NCBI GenBank assembly: GCA_945901855.1
Contig: CAMDLT010000013.1
Span: forward strand, 3,421 to 67,420
Direction: 5' to 3'
Source: Asaia bogorensis
GTDB taxonomy: Bacteria > Pseudomonadota > Alphaproteobacteria > CACIAM-22H2
Length of the DNA stretch: 64,000 nucleotides
This document shows positions 10,275 to 19,315 of the stretch, in pieces (position 1 is the stretch's first letter; every line of letters begins with the position of its first letter). A model generated the notes under the pieces. It did no database searches. It was not told the origin of the DNA and saw nothing but the letters and a program-made list of their open reading frames with translations. A program made the translations under genes and the position numbers.

Positions 10275-11210
10275 ATGGCCGTTGCGCATCGCTTTTCTGG
10301 AATCTACCCGATCCTCTATTGCTTCTACGGCGCGGACGGCAAGGTCGATGCGGGCGCCATGCGCCGCCAAGTCGAACACTGCATCGAGGCAGGCGCGCAC
10401 GGCATCGCCGTCCTGGGGCTTGTTACCGAAGTCCACAAACTCGACACCGCCGAGCGGCGCGCCCTCGTCGAGACCGTCGGCGCCGCCATCGGCGGGCGCG
10501 TTCCCTATGCCGTCACGGTCGGCGAACCGACGGTCGAGGGCCAGCTCGAATTTGCGCGCATGGCGCGCGCCAACGGCGCGGACTGGGCGATCTTGCAACC
10601 GCCGCCGGGCAAAGGCATTGATGCCGCCGCCCTGCAGCGCCATTTCGGCACGGTCGCCGATGCGCTCGACTTTCCGGTTGCGATCCAAAACAACCCCGTC
10701 AATCTCGAAAGCTCGCTCTCGCCGACCGATCTTGCCGCCCTTGTCGCCCGCCACGACAACATAGCGCTGCTGAAGGCGGAGGGCTGGTCGGTCGACATCG
10801 CGACGACGCTTGCCGCGCTCGACGGCAAGGTCGACGCATTTGGCGGCCATGGCGGTCTGGAATTTTTGTCGTTGCTGCGCAGCGGCGGCGCCGGGCTCAT
10901 CCCGGCGCCCGATTGCCTCGCGATCCAAGTCGCGCTCTACGAAGCATTCCGGGCCGGCACGCCCGAAGCGCTTGCGCACGCCGAGCGCCTGCATCGCGAG
11001 ATCCTGCCGCTGATCGTGTTCATGACGCGCGGCGTACCCGGCATTCTTTGCTACGGCAAACGCTTGATGGCACGCCGTCTTGGCATATCGGCCGTCTTCG
11101 ACCGCGCCCCGGCCTTGACGCCCACCGCCTTCGGCCTGGCCGAAATGGAGAAACTTCTGGCACACGCCAGCAGCATCGAAAAAACACTGCCAAAAATGGC
11201 CAACGCCTAA
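10275..11210 (+). CDS. dihydrodipicolinate synthase family protein (second paralog)
   Basis: 311 aa, MAVAHRFSGIYPILYCFYGADGKVDAGAMRRQVEHCIEAGAHGIAVLGLVTE. Start at ATG 10275, 6 nt after the upstream stop. The part of ORF 9489..11210 before this start overlaps the enolase gene out of frame. Confidence 0.75.
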   Translation: MAVAHRFSGIYPILYCFYGADGKVDAGAMRRQVEHCIEAGAHGIAVLGLVTEVHKLDTAERRALVETVGAAIGGRVPYAVTVGEPTVEGQLEFARMARANGADWAILQPPPGKGIDAAALQRHFGTVADALDFPVAIQNNPVNLESSLSPTDLAALVARHDNIALLKAEGWSVDIATTLAALDGKVDAFGGHGGLEFLSLLRSGGAGLIPAPDCLAIQVALYEAFRAGTPEALAHAERLHREILPLIVFMTRGVPGILCYGKRLMARRLGISAVFDRAPALTPTAFGLAEMEKLLAHASSIEKTLPKMANA

Positions 11211-11225
11211 AAAAGGGAGACAACC

Positions 11226-12467
11226 ATGGATCGCCGGACCGTTCTGAAAGGTGCCCTCGCCCTCGCCGCCGCCCCCGCGCCGGTCTTCGCCCAAGGCGCT
11301 GCCGTCACGCTCGATTTCCCAAGCTGGCAAGCCGAAGAACCCGGCGTATCGGGCTGGTGGCGCGCGCTGATTGCCGAATTCGAAACGGCGAATCCTGGCG
11401 CCAAGGTCAATCTCTACTCGATCCCCTTCACCCAATATGTGCAGCAGTTGACGGTACGGTTCGCCGGCAACAACGCGCCCGACATCGTGCATCTACCGAC
11501 GCGCAACTTCGCCGCATTCGCATCGCAAGGCTGGCTCGCGCCGATGGACGAGCGGCTGGCGCGCACCGACATCCTGCAGAACTGGACGCCGCTGCAGTCG
11601 GAGATGAAGTGGGAGGGCAAGACCCAGGGCCTGCTGCTGATGGGCTACGGAAGCTTGCTCTACTACAACGAAAAGCTTCTGGCCGAAGCGGGCGTGGGCG
11701 TACCGACCACGCCAGCCGAATGGCTCAACGCCATCGAAAAAACGACCAAACGCGATCAAGGCATCTTCGGACTCGTCGCGACATCGATCGAACATCCCAA
11801 TCTGGTCGTCGAGGCGGGCACGTGGGTGATGGGTCAGGGGCTCGATTGGTTGCGCCAAGGCCGCTACGATTTCACCAATCCGCAGCTGGTCGCGGCTGTC
11901 GAACAATATCGCCGGTCGATGCGTTTCGCCCCGCCCGGCATGAACTCGACGACCGGGCGCCAGCTTTTCATCGACGGCAAGGCGACGTTCCTGCGCGACG
12001 GGCCATGGGTTTGGGCGTTCGTCGCGCGCGCACCAGAAGCGACGCGTCCGCACCTGAAAGTCGCGCGCGTGCCCTTCCCCAAGGAAACCGGCGGCACGTC
12101 GAACAGCCTGCACATGCCCGCAAACCTCGCGGCCAACAAGCGGGAACTGGTGTGGAAGTTTGTCGAGCTTGCAGCCTCCCCCAAATGGCAGTCCGAATAC
12201 GTGCTGCAATCCGCTTCGCCAGCACCCCGCCGAGGGGCGCTCGCGGCCGATGCCGCGCAGCGCCTGCCGCATCTGAAACTCGTCATGGATGCCGCCGCCA
12301 GCGCCACGTCGGTGTTCCCCACGCATCCGAGCCTGATGGAAAGCTACAACGAATACGCCTCGATCTTCGGGCGTTCGATGATGCGGCTGATCTCGACCGA
12401 GGAGCCGACCGCGACCGTGATGGCCAATCTGCAGCGCGAGCTCGAGCGCGCCGTGCCGCTGCGGTGA
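11226..12467 (+). CDS. ABC transporter substrate-binding protein (family 1 / CUT1) with Tat signal
   Basis: MDRRTVLKGALALAAAPAPVFAQG twin-arginine signal, 413 aa, followed by two permeases. Confidence 0.8.
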   Translation: MDRRTVLKGALALAAAPAPVFAQGAAVTLDFPSWQAEEPGVSGWWRALIAEFETANPGAKVNLYSIPFTQYVQQLTVRFAGNNAPDIVHLPTRNFAAFASQGWLAPMDERLARTDILQNWTPLQSEMKWEGKTQGLLLMGYGSLLYYNEKLLAEAGVGVPTTPAEWLNAIEKTTKRDQGIFGLVATSIEHPNLVVEAGTWVMGQGLDWLRQGRYDFTNPQLVAAVEQYRRSMRFAPPGMNSTTGRQLFIDGKATFLRDGPWVWAFVARAPEATRPHLKVARVPFPKETGGTSNSLHMPANLAANKRELVWKFVELAASPKWQSEYVLQSASPAPRRGALAADAAQRLPHLKLVMDAAASATSVFPTHPSLMESYNEYASIFGRSMMRLISTEEPTATVMANLQRELERAVPLR

Positions 12468-13342
12468 GACGGCAGACCGCCATCGCCTACGGGCTGCTGG
12501 CGCCTGCATTTGTGCTGGTCGCGGCGCTGATCGTCTATCCGCTCTACACGGTGGCCGAAACCAGCCTGCGACAGGGCCGCTCGCCCAACATCGCCAGGCT
12601 CGACCGGCTGCCGCTCGGGTTCGACAACTATCTGCGTGCACTGGCGGACGAGCAGGTCTGGCACTCGGCGGGCGTCACCGTGCTGTACGCGCTGGGAACC
12701 ATCGGGCCGGGCTTTGCGATCGGTCTTGGTTTCGCCCTGCTGCTCAACCGCGAGTTTCCGGGACGGCGCTACGTGCGCAGCTTGATGCTGCTCCCGTGGG
12801 CCGTTCCCGGCGTGGTCGCGGCGATCGCGTTTGTATGGATGTTCGATGCGTCTTATGGCGTCGTCAATTCGGTGCTACGGCGCCTGGGGCTTGCCACCGA
12901 CGACATCGCCTGGTTCGTCGACGGGGACACGGCGCTTGTTGCCGTGCTGCTGCCGACAATCTGGAAATGCTTTCCGTTTTTCACGCTGACCTTGCTGGCG
13001 GCGCTGCAATCGGTGCCCCAAGCGCTCTACGAGGCGGCGCGCATCGACGGTGCCGGCGCATCCGCCGAATTCCGCTACGTTACGTGGCCCGGCATTCGCG
13101 GTGCGGCCGTGTTGGCGGTGATTCTGCAAACGCTTTGGGTGGTCAAGGATTTCGATCTGGTGTTCGCCACGACCGGGGGCGGACCGTCGCGTGCCACGCA
13201 GACGCTGTCGCTGTTCGTCTACGAAGAAGCGTTCCAGTTTTTCCGCATGGGCTACGCGTCGGCGGTGGGCGTCATGATGTTGCTGGTGTGCGCGCTGCTC
13301 GCGTTCGTGGCGCTGCGTTGGGGCAAGCGGGAGTTCCATTGA
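12464..13342 (+). CDS. ABC transporter permease (MalF-like)
   Basis: TM-rich C-terminal 293 aa of ORF 10913..13342, EAA loop (YEAARIDGAGASAEFRYVTWP). Start GTG 12464 overlaps the binding-protein stop (GTGA). The upstream 1.5 kb of that ORF is antisense noise. Confidence 0.75.
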   Translation: MRRQTAIAYGLLAPAFVLVAALIVYPLYTVAETSLRQGRSPNIARLDRLPLGFDNYLRALADEQVWHSAGVTVLYALGTIGPGFAIGLGFALLLNREFPGRRYVRSLMLLPWAVPGVVAAIAFVWMFDASYGVVNSVLRRLGLATDDIAWFVDGDTALVAVLLPTIWKCFPFFTLTLLAALQSVPQALYEAARIDGAGASAEFRYVTWPGIRGAAVLAVILQTLWVVKDFDLVFATTGGGPSRATQTLSLFVYEEAFQFFRMGYASAVGVMMLLVCALLAFVALRWGKREFH

Positions 13343-14175
13343 TGGGCCGGAAGCAAGACGGACTATGGGTTCTGGCGCTGTGCGCCACTTTGGCGGCGAT
13401 CGTGCTGTTTCCAGTCTATTGGATTGGCATGACCTCGATCTTGCCGACGGAGATCATGCTGTCGCGCAATCCACCGCTGCTGCCGCCATTGTCGCGCGTC
13501 ACGTTCGACGCCTATCCGGAAGTCTTCGCGCGCAAGCCAATGCTGCTGTGGCTCGCCAACAGCGTGACCGTCGTGCTCGGCACGCTTGCCGTCACGATCG
13601 TGGCGGCGGCGATGGCCGGCTACAGCCTGTCGCGCTATAGCACCAAAGCGCAGCAAGCGATGGGCTTCGGGCTGCTCGCTAGCAAGATGCTGCCGGGCTC
13701 GCTCGTGATCATCCCGTTCTTCATCATGTTCTCGAAAGTCGGGCTGATCGAAACCAAGCTCGGCGTGATCCTGGCCAATTCCGCGATCGCGGTTCCGTTC
13801 GCCACCTGGCTGCTCAAGGGATTTTTCGACGCGATCCCAAGGGAACTCGAGCAAGCAGCCTTGATCGACGGCTGCAACGAATGGCAGGCCTTCCGCCATA
13901 TCGTGCTGCCGATCGCGCGGCCCGGCATCGCGGCATCGGCAACCTATGTCGCGATCGTGACGTGGGCCGATCTTGTGTTTGCAAGAACCTTGATGAGCAA
14001 ACCCGAGAACTGGCTCGTCACGGTCGGGCTGCAGTCTTTCATGGGCGAGTATTCGGTCGAATGGTCGGCCTTGATGGCTGCCGCCACGATCTCGCTCGTT
14101 CCCATGCTGATCCTGTTTTTCCTGCTCGAGCCTTTTCTCGTCAAAGGCATGACGCAAGGCTCGCTCGCTAACTGA
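13342..14175 (+). CDS. ABC transporter permease (MalG-like)
   Basis: Starts MGRKQDGLWVLALCATLAAIVLFPVYW, EAA loop (EQAALIDGCNEWQAFRHIVLP). ATGA overlap with the upstream permease. No ATPase gene follows, so it probably shares the 3185..4261 ATPase. Confidence 0.8.
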   Translation: MGRKQDGLWVLALCATLAAIVLFPVYWIGMTSILPTEIMLSRNPPLLPPLSRVTFDAYPEVFARKPMLLWLANSVTVVLGTLAVTIVAAAMAGYSLSRYSTKAQQAMGFGLLASKMLPGSLVIIPFFIMFSKVGLIETKLGVILANSAIAVPFATWLLKGFFDAIPRELEQAALIDGCNEWQAFRHIVLPIARPGIAASATYVAIVTWADLVFARTLMSKPENWLVTVGLQSFMGEYSVEWSALMAAATISLVPMLILFFLLEPFLVKGMTQGSLAN

Positions 14176-14185
14176 GAGGAACGCC

Positions 14186-15199
14186 ATGCCGACCGGTGGG
14201 CCGAAAACGAACGGCAGCAAAGAACTCAAGATCGGCTGCACGGCCGGCGGCGCCACGCACAGCGACGCGCGCATTCCCGACATCGGCGAAAAAGTTCGCA
14301 TGATCAAAGAGGCGGGCGTGTTCGACTATATCGACCGCTCGCCGCCGGACGAGGAGTTTCGCGACCTGCTCAAAGCGTGCGAACGCCACGATCTGCCGGT
14401 CCGTGCCAGCGGCTGGTACTACACGCGCGGCCGCGACGAAGCATTGTTCGAACAGAACATCGTCAAGGCACGCTTGCTTGGCAGCATCGTGCACAACGTC
14501 CAGCTTCTGACGCATCATGCCGACGGCCACGCGCTCGACGACGCCGAGGTCGCCGAGACCTATCTGCGCTGGCGCGATTTTGCGATGCGCCACGGCGTCG
14601 AGCCTTCGTTCGAAATCCATGTCAATATGTGGTCCGAGCATTTTGGCCGCGTGGCGCGCGTCGGCAATCTGGTGGAAGCGCGCGGGGTGCCCTTCCGCCT
14701 CACGCTCGACCACAGCCACGTCATTTTTAAGATCGACAATCCGTCCGAGCAGGACGTGCAGCATATGCGCGCCGACGTCGAAGCGGGCCGCGTGATTCTC
14801 GATCCGTCCGCGCCCGGCAATGTCTGCGCGATGTGGATCGAGCGAAACTGGGTCGTCCACGCGCACGCGCGCGCCGCGATCCCGGCCAATCCCCTCAATG
14901 TCTGGGCCAAACATCCCGACGGCAGCTTCGGGCGCGGCATCCAATATCCGTTCGTGTCGCCCGCCCCCGGCACCTACCCAGCCCCCTGGGACGCGGCGAA
15001 GCTCGAACCGTGGAAGCGCGTGGTGCGCGATCTGCTGCGCCATCGCGCGGTCGACCCGAACAGCCCGCTTGGCCAGATCTCGTGCGAATTCATCCCGAAC
15101 ATCGATTACGGCGCCGGGCACGGCTATTCGATCTTCGACAACAACGTGGCCTGCGCGCGTTGGCTCCGGGGCGAATGGGAAGCCACGTCCAACGCCTGA
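14186..15199 (+). CDS. sugar phosphate isomerase/epimerase (xylose-isomerase-like TIM barrel) family protein
   Basis: 337 aa with TIM-barrel His/Glu/Asp metal-ligand pattern (HVNMWSEHFG, LDHSHV, ERNWVVHAHARA). Closes the ABC operon. Confidence 0.65.
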   Translation: MPTGGPKTNGSKELKIGCTAGGATHSDARIPDIGEKVRMIKEAGVFDYIDRSPPDEEFRDLLKACERHDLPVRASGWYYTRGRDEALFEQNIVKARLLGSIVHNVQLLTHHADGHALDDAEVAETYLRWRDFAMRHGVEPSFEIHVNMWSEHFGRVARVGNLVEARGVPFRLTLDHSHVIFKIDNPSEQDVQHMRADVEAGRVILDPSAPGNVCAMWIERNWVVHAHARAAIPANPLNVWAKHPDGSFGRGIQYPFVSPAPGTYPAPWDAAKLEPWKRVVRDLLRHRAVDPNSPLGQISCEFIPNIDYGAGHGYSIFDNNVACARWLRGEWEATSNA

Positions 15200-15256
15200 C
15201 GCGGCCGCTCTGGCGCTACGAATACGGCGCTCGGCGCAGATGCGGTTGACGAAAGC

Positions 15257-15270
15257 GACACGCCCGTGTC
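15257..15270. promoter_or_regulatory. 14-bp palindrome GACACG-CC-CGTGTC upstream of the TRAP operon
   Basis: Perfect 6-bp inverted arms seen directly, 41 nt upstream of the dctQM start. Candidate operator. Confidence 0.25.
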
Positions 15271-15310
15271 AACTCGTCTTGCTTGTCGGACAAAAGGACA
15301 CTCGGCGTAG

Positions 15311-17185
15311 ATGCACGAAACGGCAATCGAAGCGCCCCAGCGACGCGGGCCCCGGACGATCCCGACGGTCCTTCTCGACGCGATCGATGCGATCGTTGGA
15401 ACGCTCGCGGTCTTCTGTCTCGTGGCCATCGCGGCGACAACCTTGTCGGGCGTCGTCTCGCGCTACGTTTTTTCGGCATCCCTCACTTGGACCGCCGAAG
15501 CGGGACAATGGCTGTTCATCTATCTTATTTTTCTGGGCGTGCCGCTCGCGCATCGCGGCCGACTGCATATCGCCATTGTCGGCATCGACCGGCTGCTGTC
15601 GCCCGCGCTCAAGCGCATGCACCAGTTGCTTGTGGATGCGGCGGTCGCCTACGCGACGATCGTGCTGATGTTCGGCGCACACGAGCTGATCGGGCTGATC
15701 GGCGGCCGGTCGACCGCATTGGCTCTGCCCGCATGGCTGCAATACGCAGGCATTCCGGCCAGCTGCGCTGCGGGTTTGATCTATATCGCGCTGCGCGACC
15801 TCGATCGCGATGATAACCGGTTTTTGGGCGCATTCGGCGTCGCTCTTGCAGCCTTGGTCTACTGGGCGCTCGACGTTGCGCGCTTGGTGCAGCTGCCCGA
15901 ACTCGATCCCGTTTGGACAATGGCGGGCGTGTTCGTCGCTGGCCTGGCGCTCGGCGTGCCGGTCGCTTTTTCGATGCTGCTGGCCGTGTTTTTTGCCAAT
16001 CTTTCGGTCGATATTCTGCCCACACCCGCTATCGTGCAGAACGTCGTGCGCGGCTCCGGCCAGTTCCTGCTGCTCGCCATTCCGCTGTTTTTGCTGGCGG
16101 GCGCGCTCATGAATGTCGGTGGACTTACACAGCGCTTGATCGATTTTGCGCATACGCTCGTGCGCCATATGCGCGCAGGCATGGCGCAAGTCACCGTCGT
16201 TTCGGCCACGCTGTATGGCGGCATTTCGGGCTCGTCCAATGCCGACGCCGCGCTGAACGCCAAAATGTTGCACCCGGCCATGCTGCGCGACGGCTACAAA
16301 CCCGGCTTCTCGGCGGCAGCGTGCGCGGCATCGGCCGTGCTGCCGAATATCATTCCGCCCTCGGTCGGCATGCTGATCGTCGGCGCAGCGACCGGCATCT
16401 CGGTCGGGCAAATGTTCGTGGCCGGGATCGTGCCGGGCTTGCTCTATGCGGCGGCGCTGATGCTCGCAGTCGCCTATGTCGCGCGGCGCGACGGCTACAA
16501 GCCCTCGCAGGCGCGCGCATCTTGGGGCGAGCGCGGGCGGGCGGCCAAGGCCGCGATCCCGGTCATGCTGCTGGCGGTTTTCATTGTCGCGTCGCTGCGC
16601 TTTGGCATCGCAACGCCGACCGAAACGGGCGCCATCGCCGTCGCCTATTCGTTTGTCGTCGGCGCTTTGTGGATGCGCAGCTACACGCTGAAAGGCCTGT
16701 GGGCCATTCTGTCGCAGACGGCCGTCGACTCCGCGATGATCGGGCTGCTGATCGGCGCGGCGGTGCCGTTCGGATTCGTGCTGACGACCGAACGCGTGCC
16801 GCAGGCGATCGTCGCGTTCGGAACGGCGTGGCTGACCGAAGGCTGGGTCGTGCTGCTTTTCTTGAACTTCGTGCTTCTGGTCGCGGGCATGGTGCTGGAT
16901 ATCGGCGCGTCGATCCTGATCCTGGCACCGCTGTTTTTGCCGCTCGTCGAAAAATTCGACATCGAGCCCGTGCAGTTCGGCCTCATCGTGATCTGCAATC
17001 TGATGATCGGGGGCTTGACGCCGCCTGTCGGGATCCTTGCCTATATCGTGTCGACCGTAACAAGATTGCCGGTGATCCAGGTCTTCTCGGCGCTGGGACC
17101 GTTTCTGGTGGCACTGCTGGCAGCGCTCGCCCTGATTACCTACGTTCCCGTCCTCTCGATGGGCCTGCTTTGGCTCGGCTTCTAG
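15311..17185 (+). CDS. TRAP transporter fused small/large permease (DctQ-DctM fusion)
   Basis: 624 aa. The N-terminal ~170 aa form 4 TM segments of DctQ type. The remainder is DctM-like with about 12 TM segments (GGISGSSNADAA, GIVPGLL). Confidence 0.85.
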   Translation: MHETAIEAPQRRGPRTIPTVLLDAIDAIVGTLAVFCLVAIAATTLSGVVSRYVFSASLTWTAEAGQWLFIYLIFLGVPLAHRGRLHIAIVGIDRLLSPALKRMHQLLVDAAVAYATIVLMFGAHELIGLIGGRSTALALPAWLQYAGIPASCAAGLIYIALRDLDRDDNRFLGAFGVALAALVYWALDVARLVQLPELDPVWTMAGVFVAGLALGVPVAFSMLLAVFFANLSVDILPTPAIVQNVVRGSGQFLLLAIPLFLLAGALMNVGGLTQRLIDFAHTLVRHMRAGMAQVTVVSATLYGGISGSSNADAALNAKMLHPAMLRDGYKPGFSAAACAASAVLPNIIPPSVGMLIVGAATGISVGQMFVAGIVPGLLYAAALMLAVAYVARRDGYKPSQARASWGERGRAAKAAIPVMLLAVFIVASLRFGIATPTETGAIAVAYSFVVGALWMRSYTLKGLWAILSQTAVDSAMIGLLIGAAVPFGFVLTTERVPQAIVAFGTAWLTEGWVVLLFLNFVLLVAGMVLDIGASILILAPLFLPLVEKFDIEPVQFGLIVICNLMIGGLTPPVGILAYIVSTVTRLPVIQVFSALGPFLVALLAALALITYVPVLSMGLLWLGF

Positions 17186-17217
17186 AACAAACCCCCGCGA
17201 CACAGGAGAACGCATCC

Positions 17218-18219
17218 ATGGTCACACGCCAAAAACTCGCCGGTGCTGCCGCGATCGTCGCGGCCGCGACATTCTCGCTGCTGGCGGCCCTGCCCGATGC
17301 CGCCGCCCAGACGCGCGCCCAACCCGCGCGCATCGGCGTGGTGCAGCCCGAAACGGCGCCCAACACCGTCATGTGGCGCCGTTTCGCCGAACTCGCGCGC
17401 GAACGCACGGGCGGCACGGTCGATCTGCAGATCTTCCCGGCCGGCCAGCTTGGCGGCGAGCGCGAAAATGCCGAAGGCATGCGTCTTGGCTCCATCCAGG
17501 GCGCAGATTCGACGCTGGCGGCTCTTTCGCAATGGGTGCCCGAAGGCCAGATCTTCGACATGCCGTTCATCTTCCGCGATTGGGAGCATGTCGAAAAAGT
17601 CGTCAACGGTCCGATCGGCGAACGCTACAAAGCGCTCTATCGGGCGCAAAATTTCGAGGTGCCAGCCTTTTTCACCTACGGCGCGCGCCATCTGGTGAGC
17701 CGCACGCCGATCCTGCAAATTTCCGACGTTCGCGGCAAAACCATGCGCGTGCTGCAAAGCCCGCTGCATATCTCGATCTGGCGCACGCTGGGGGCGAACC
17801 CGACGCCGATCCCGATCACCGAAACCTACAACGCGCTGTCGACGGGCGTTGCCGATCTGATGGACCTGACCAAGGGTCCGATCGAAACGCTGCGCCTGTT
17901 CGAAGTGGCCCCGAATATCACCGAAACCGGCCATATCTGGGCCGTGGGTGCCATCGTATTCTCGCGTCAATACTGGCAACGTCTGTCGCCCGAGCACCAG
18001 CAGGCGATGACGCGCACGGCGCTTGAAATGGCGACCTTCATCAACAACCTCCACAAAGAGCAGGAAGACGCCGCCATGGGCCGCATCACCCAGCGCGGCG
18101 CCAAGCTACACAAGGTCGACCAAGGCCCGTGGCGCACGGCGTTGCAGCCGATTTGGGAGCAAGAAGCGCCAAAATTCGGCGGCATGAACGCGATCACGGA
18201 AATCGTCAACACGCGCTGA
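17218..18219 (+). CDS. TRAP transporter substrate-binding protein (DctP family)
   Basis: Starts MVTRQKLAGAAAIVAAATFSLLAALPDAAAQ (signal peptide), with an AGGAGA RBS 7 nt upstream. DctP-family motifs (QIFPAGQLGGERE, DMPFIFRDWEH). Confidence 0.85.
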   Translation: MVTRQKLAGAAAIVAAATFSLLAALPDAAAQTRAQPARIGVVQPETAPNTVMWRRFAELARERTGGTVDLQIFPAGQLGGERENAEGMRLGSIQGADSTLAALSQWVPEGQIFDMPFIFRDWEHVEKVVNGPIGERYKALYRAQNFEVPAFFTYGARHLVSRTPILQISDVRGKTMRVLQSPLHISIWRTLGANPTPIPITETYNALSTGVADLMDLTKGPIETLRLFEVAPNITETGHIWAVGAIVFSRQYWQRLSPEHQQAMTRTALEMATFINNLHKEQEDAAMGRITQRGAKLHKVDQGPWRTALQPIWEQEAPKFGGMNAITEIVNTR

Positions 18220-18247
18220 CGCCTGCCACGATCGGCGATCGTGCGAA

Positions 18248-18284
18248 AGCGGCCGTCAAGCTTGTGCTTGGCGGCCGCTTTTTG
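18248..18284 (+). terminator. rho-independent terminator after the TRAP binding-protein gene
   Basis: AGCGGCCG (18248-55), a 16-nt loop, CGGCCGCT (18272-79), then a TTTTT run. Confidence 0.5.
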
Positions 18285-18388
18285 TTGGCGGTACGGTCCG
18301 GCGGCAACAGACACGCCGAAAGCGCTTTACGGGATTATCGGCCCGGCATTAGTATGTATACGAACGACCTCGAACAAGGAAAGCGCCC

Positions 18389-19315
18389 ATGGAAGCCTCA
18401 ATGCTCGAAGATATCGTCCAAAACCCCAATCCGTATCCGATCGTTGCCGCGATGGCGTACGACGATATCTGGAAGCTGTGCGAACAGGCACGGGACCTTG
18501 CCTGGGATCCGGCCAAGCTCGATTTCTCCGACCTCAAGCGCGCCGACTTGCCCGACGAAGTGCGCAAGGCCGGCGCCGAATGGTGGTCGCTGCGCGCGTG
18601 GATGGAACACGGCGCTACGCCCTACGGGGCCGAGCGTCTGCGCGATGCGATCTTCGGCCACCAGCCGTTCGAAGTGAAGCAGCACGTTGTCAATTTCATC
18701 GCCGAAGAGCTGCGCCACCACGAAGCGAGCTTTCGCATCGCCAACGCGCTCGACGCCTACCAGCCGTCGCCGCAATCCGACTATTTCATGAAGATCATCC
18801 CGAAGTTCCACAACGAGAAGGAAGAGAAGCAAATGAGCTTCTTTGCCGGCCTTGCCGTAAACACGCTGTTCGAGCAGCTGTCGGGCGAACTGCTGCAGGC
18901 GCGCTACGAAAACGCGCGCTACGAATCGATCCGCGAAGCATGCCGCTTGATCCTTCGCGACGAGGCGCGCCACATTCAATTCGGTCGCATCGTCATGCGC
19001 CGCTTCTTCGGCGAATTGTCGGACTTCGACAAAGAGATGCTCGGCAAGAAGTTCGCCAAGAAACTGCGCGGCTCGCTGCTGAACGGCGTTTATGCGGTCG
19101 TCAATTTGCCGAGCGAAGAGCGCAAGCGCTCCTCGCGCGCGCGCCAGCTTGCCGCCGAGCACGGTCTTGGCGCAACGCACCCCGACCATGAAGTCGCGAT
19201 CATCGCCGACGCGCTGAAGAAGATCCGCGCGGACGTGGCGCCCTACAACGTGCCGATCCCGCCGATCCCGGAAATCGAAGGACCCGCAACGGGCCCTTCG
19301 GCGAAGGCGGCATGA
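18389..19315 (+). CDS. ferritin-like di-iron-carboxylate superfamily protein (putative oxygenase / oxidase)
   Basis: 308 aa with two E...ExxH motifs about 90 aa apart (FIAEELRHHEA and ILRDEARHIQFG), typical of ferritin-like di-iron proteins. No signal peptide. Confidence 0.55.
   Translation: MEASMLEDIVQNPNPYPIVAAMAYDDIWKLCEQARDLAWDPAKLDFSDLKRADLPDEVRKAGAEWWSLRAWMEHGATPYGAERLRDAIFGHQPFEVKQHVVNFIAEELRHHEASFRIANALDAYQPSPQSDYFMKIIPKFHNEKEEKQMSFFAGLAVNTLFEQLSGELLQARYENARYESIREACRLILRDEARHIQFGRIVMRRFFGELSDFDKEMLGKKFAKKLRGSLLNGVYAVVNLPSEERKRSSRARQLAAEHGLGATHPDHEVAIIADALKKIRADVAPYNVPIPPIPEIEGPATGPSAKAA

Noticed and set aside
10913-12463. N-terminal 517 codons of ORF 10913..13342
   Set aside because: They overlap the DHDPS and binding-protein genes in other frames and are Arg/Pro-rich. 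Only the TM-rich permease part after the GTG at 12464 is credible.
15269-17215. 648-aa minus-strand ORF antisense to the TRAP DctQM fusion, and the N-terminal part of ORF 15913..18219
   Set aside because: Antisense or out-of-frame to a clear 12+4 TM permease. The real binding-protein start is ATG 17218, which has an AGGAGA RBS.
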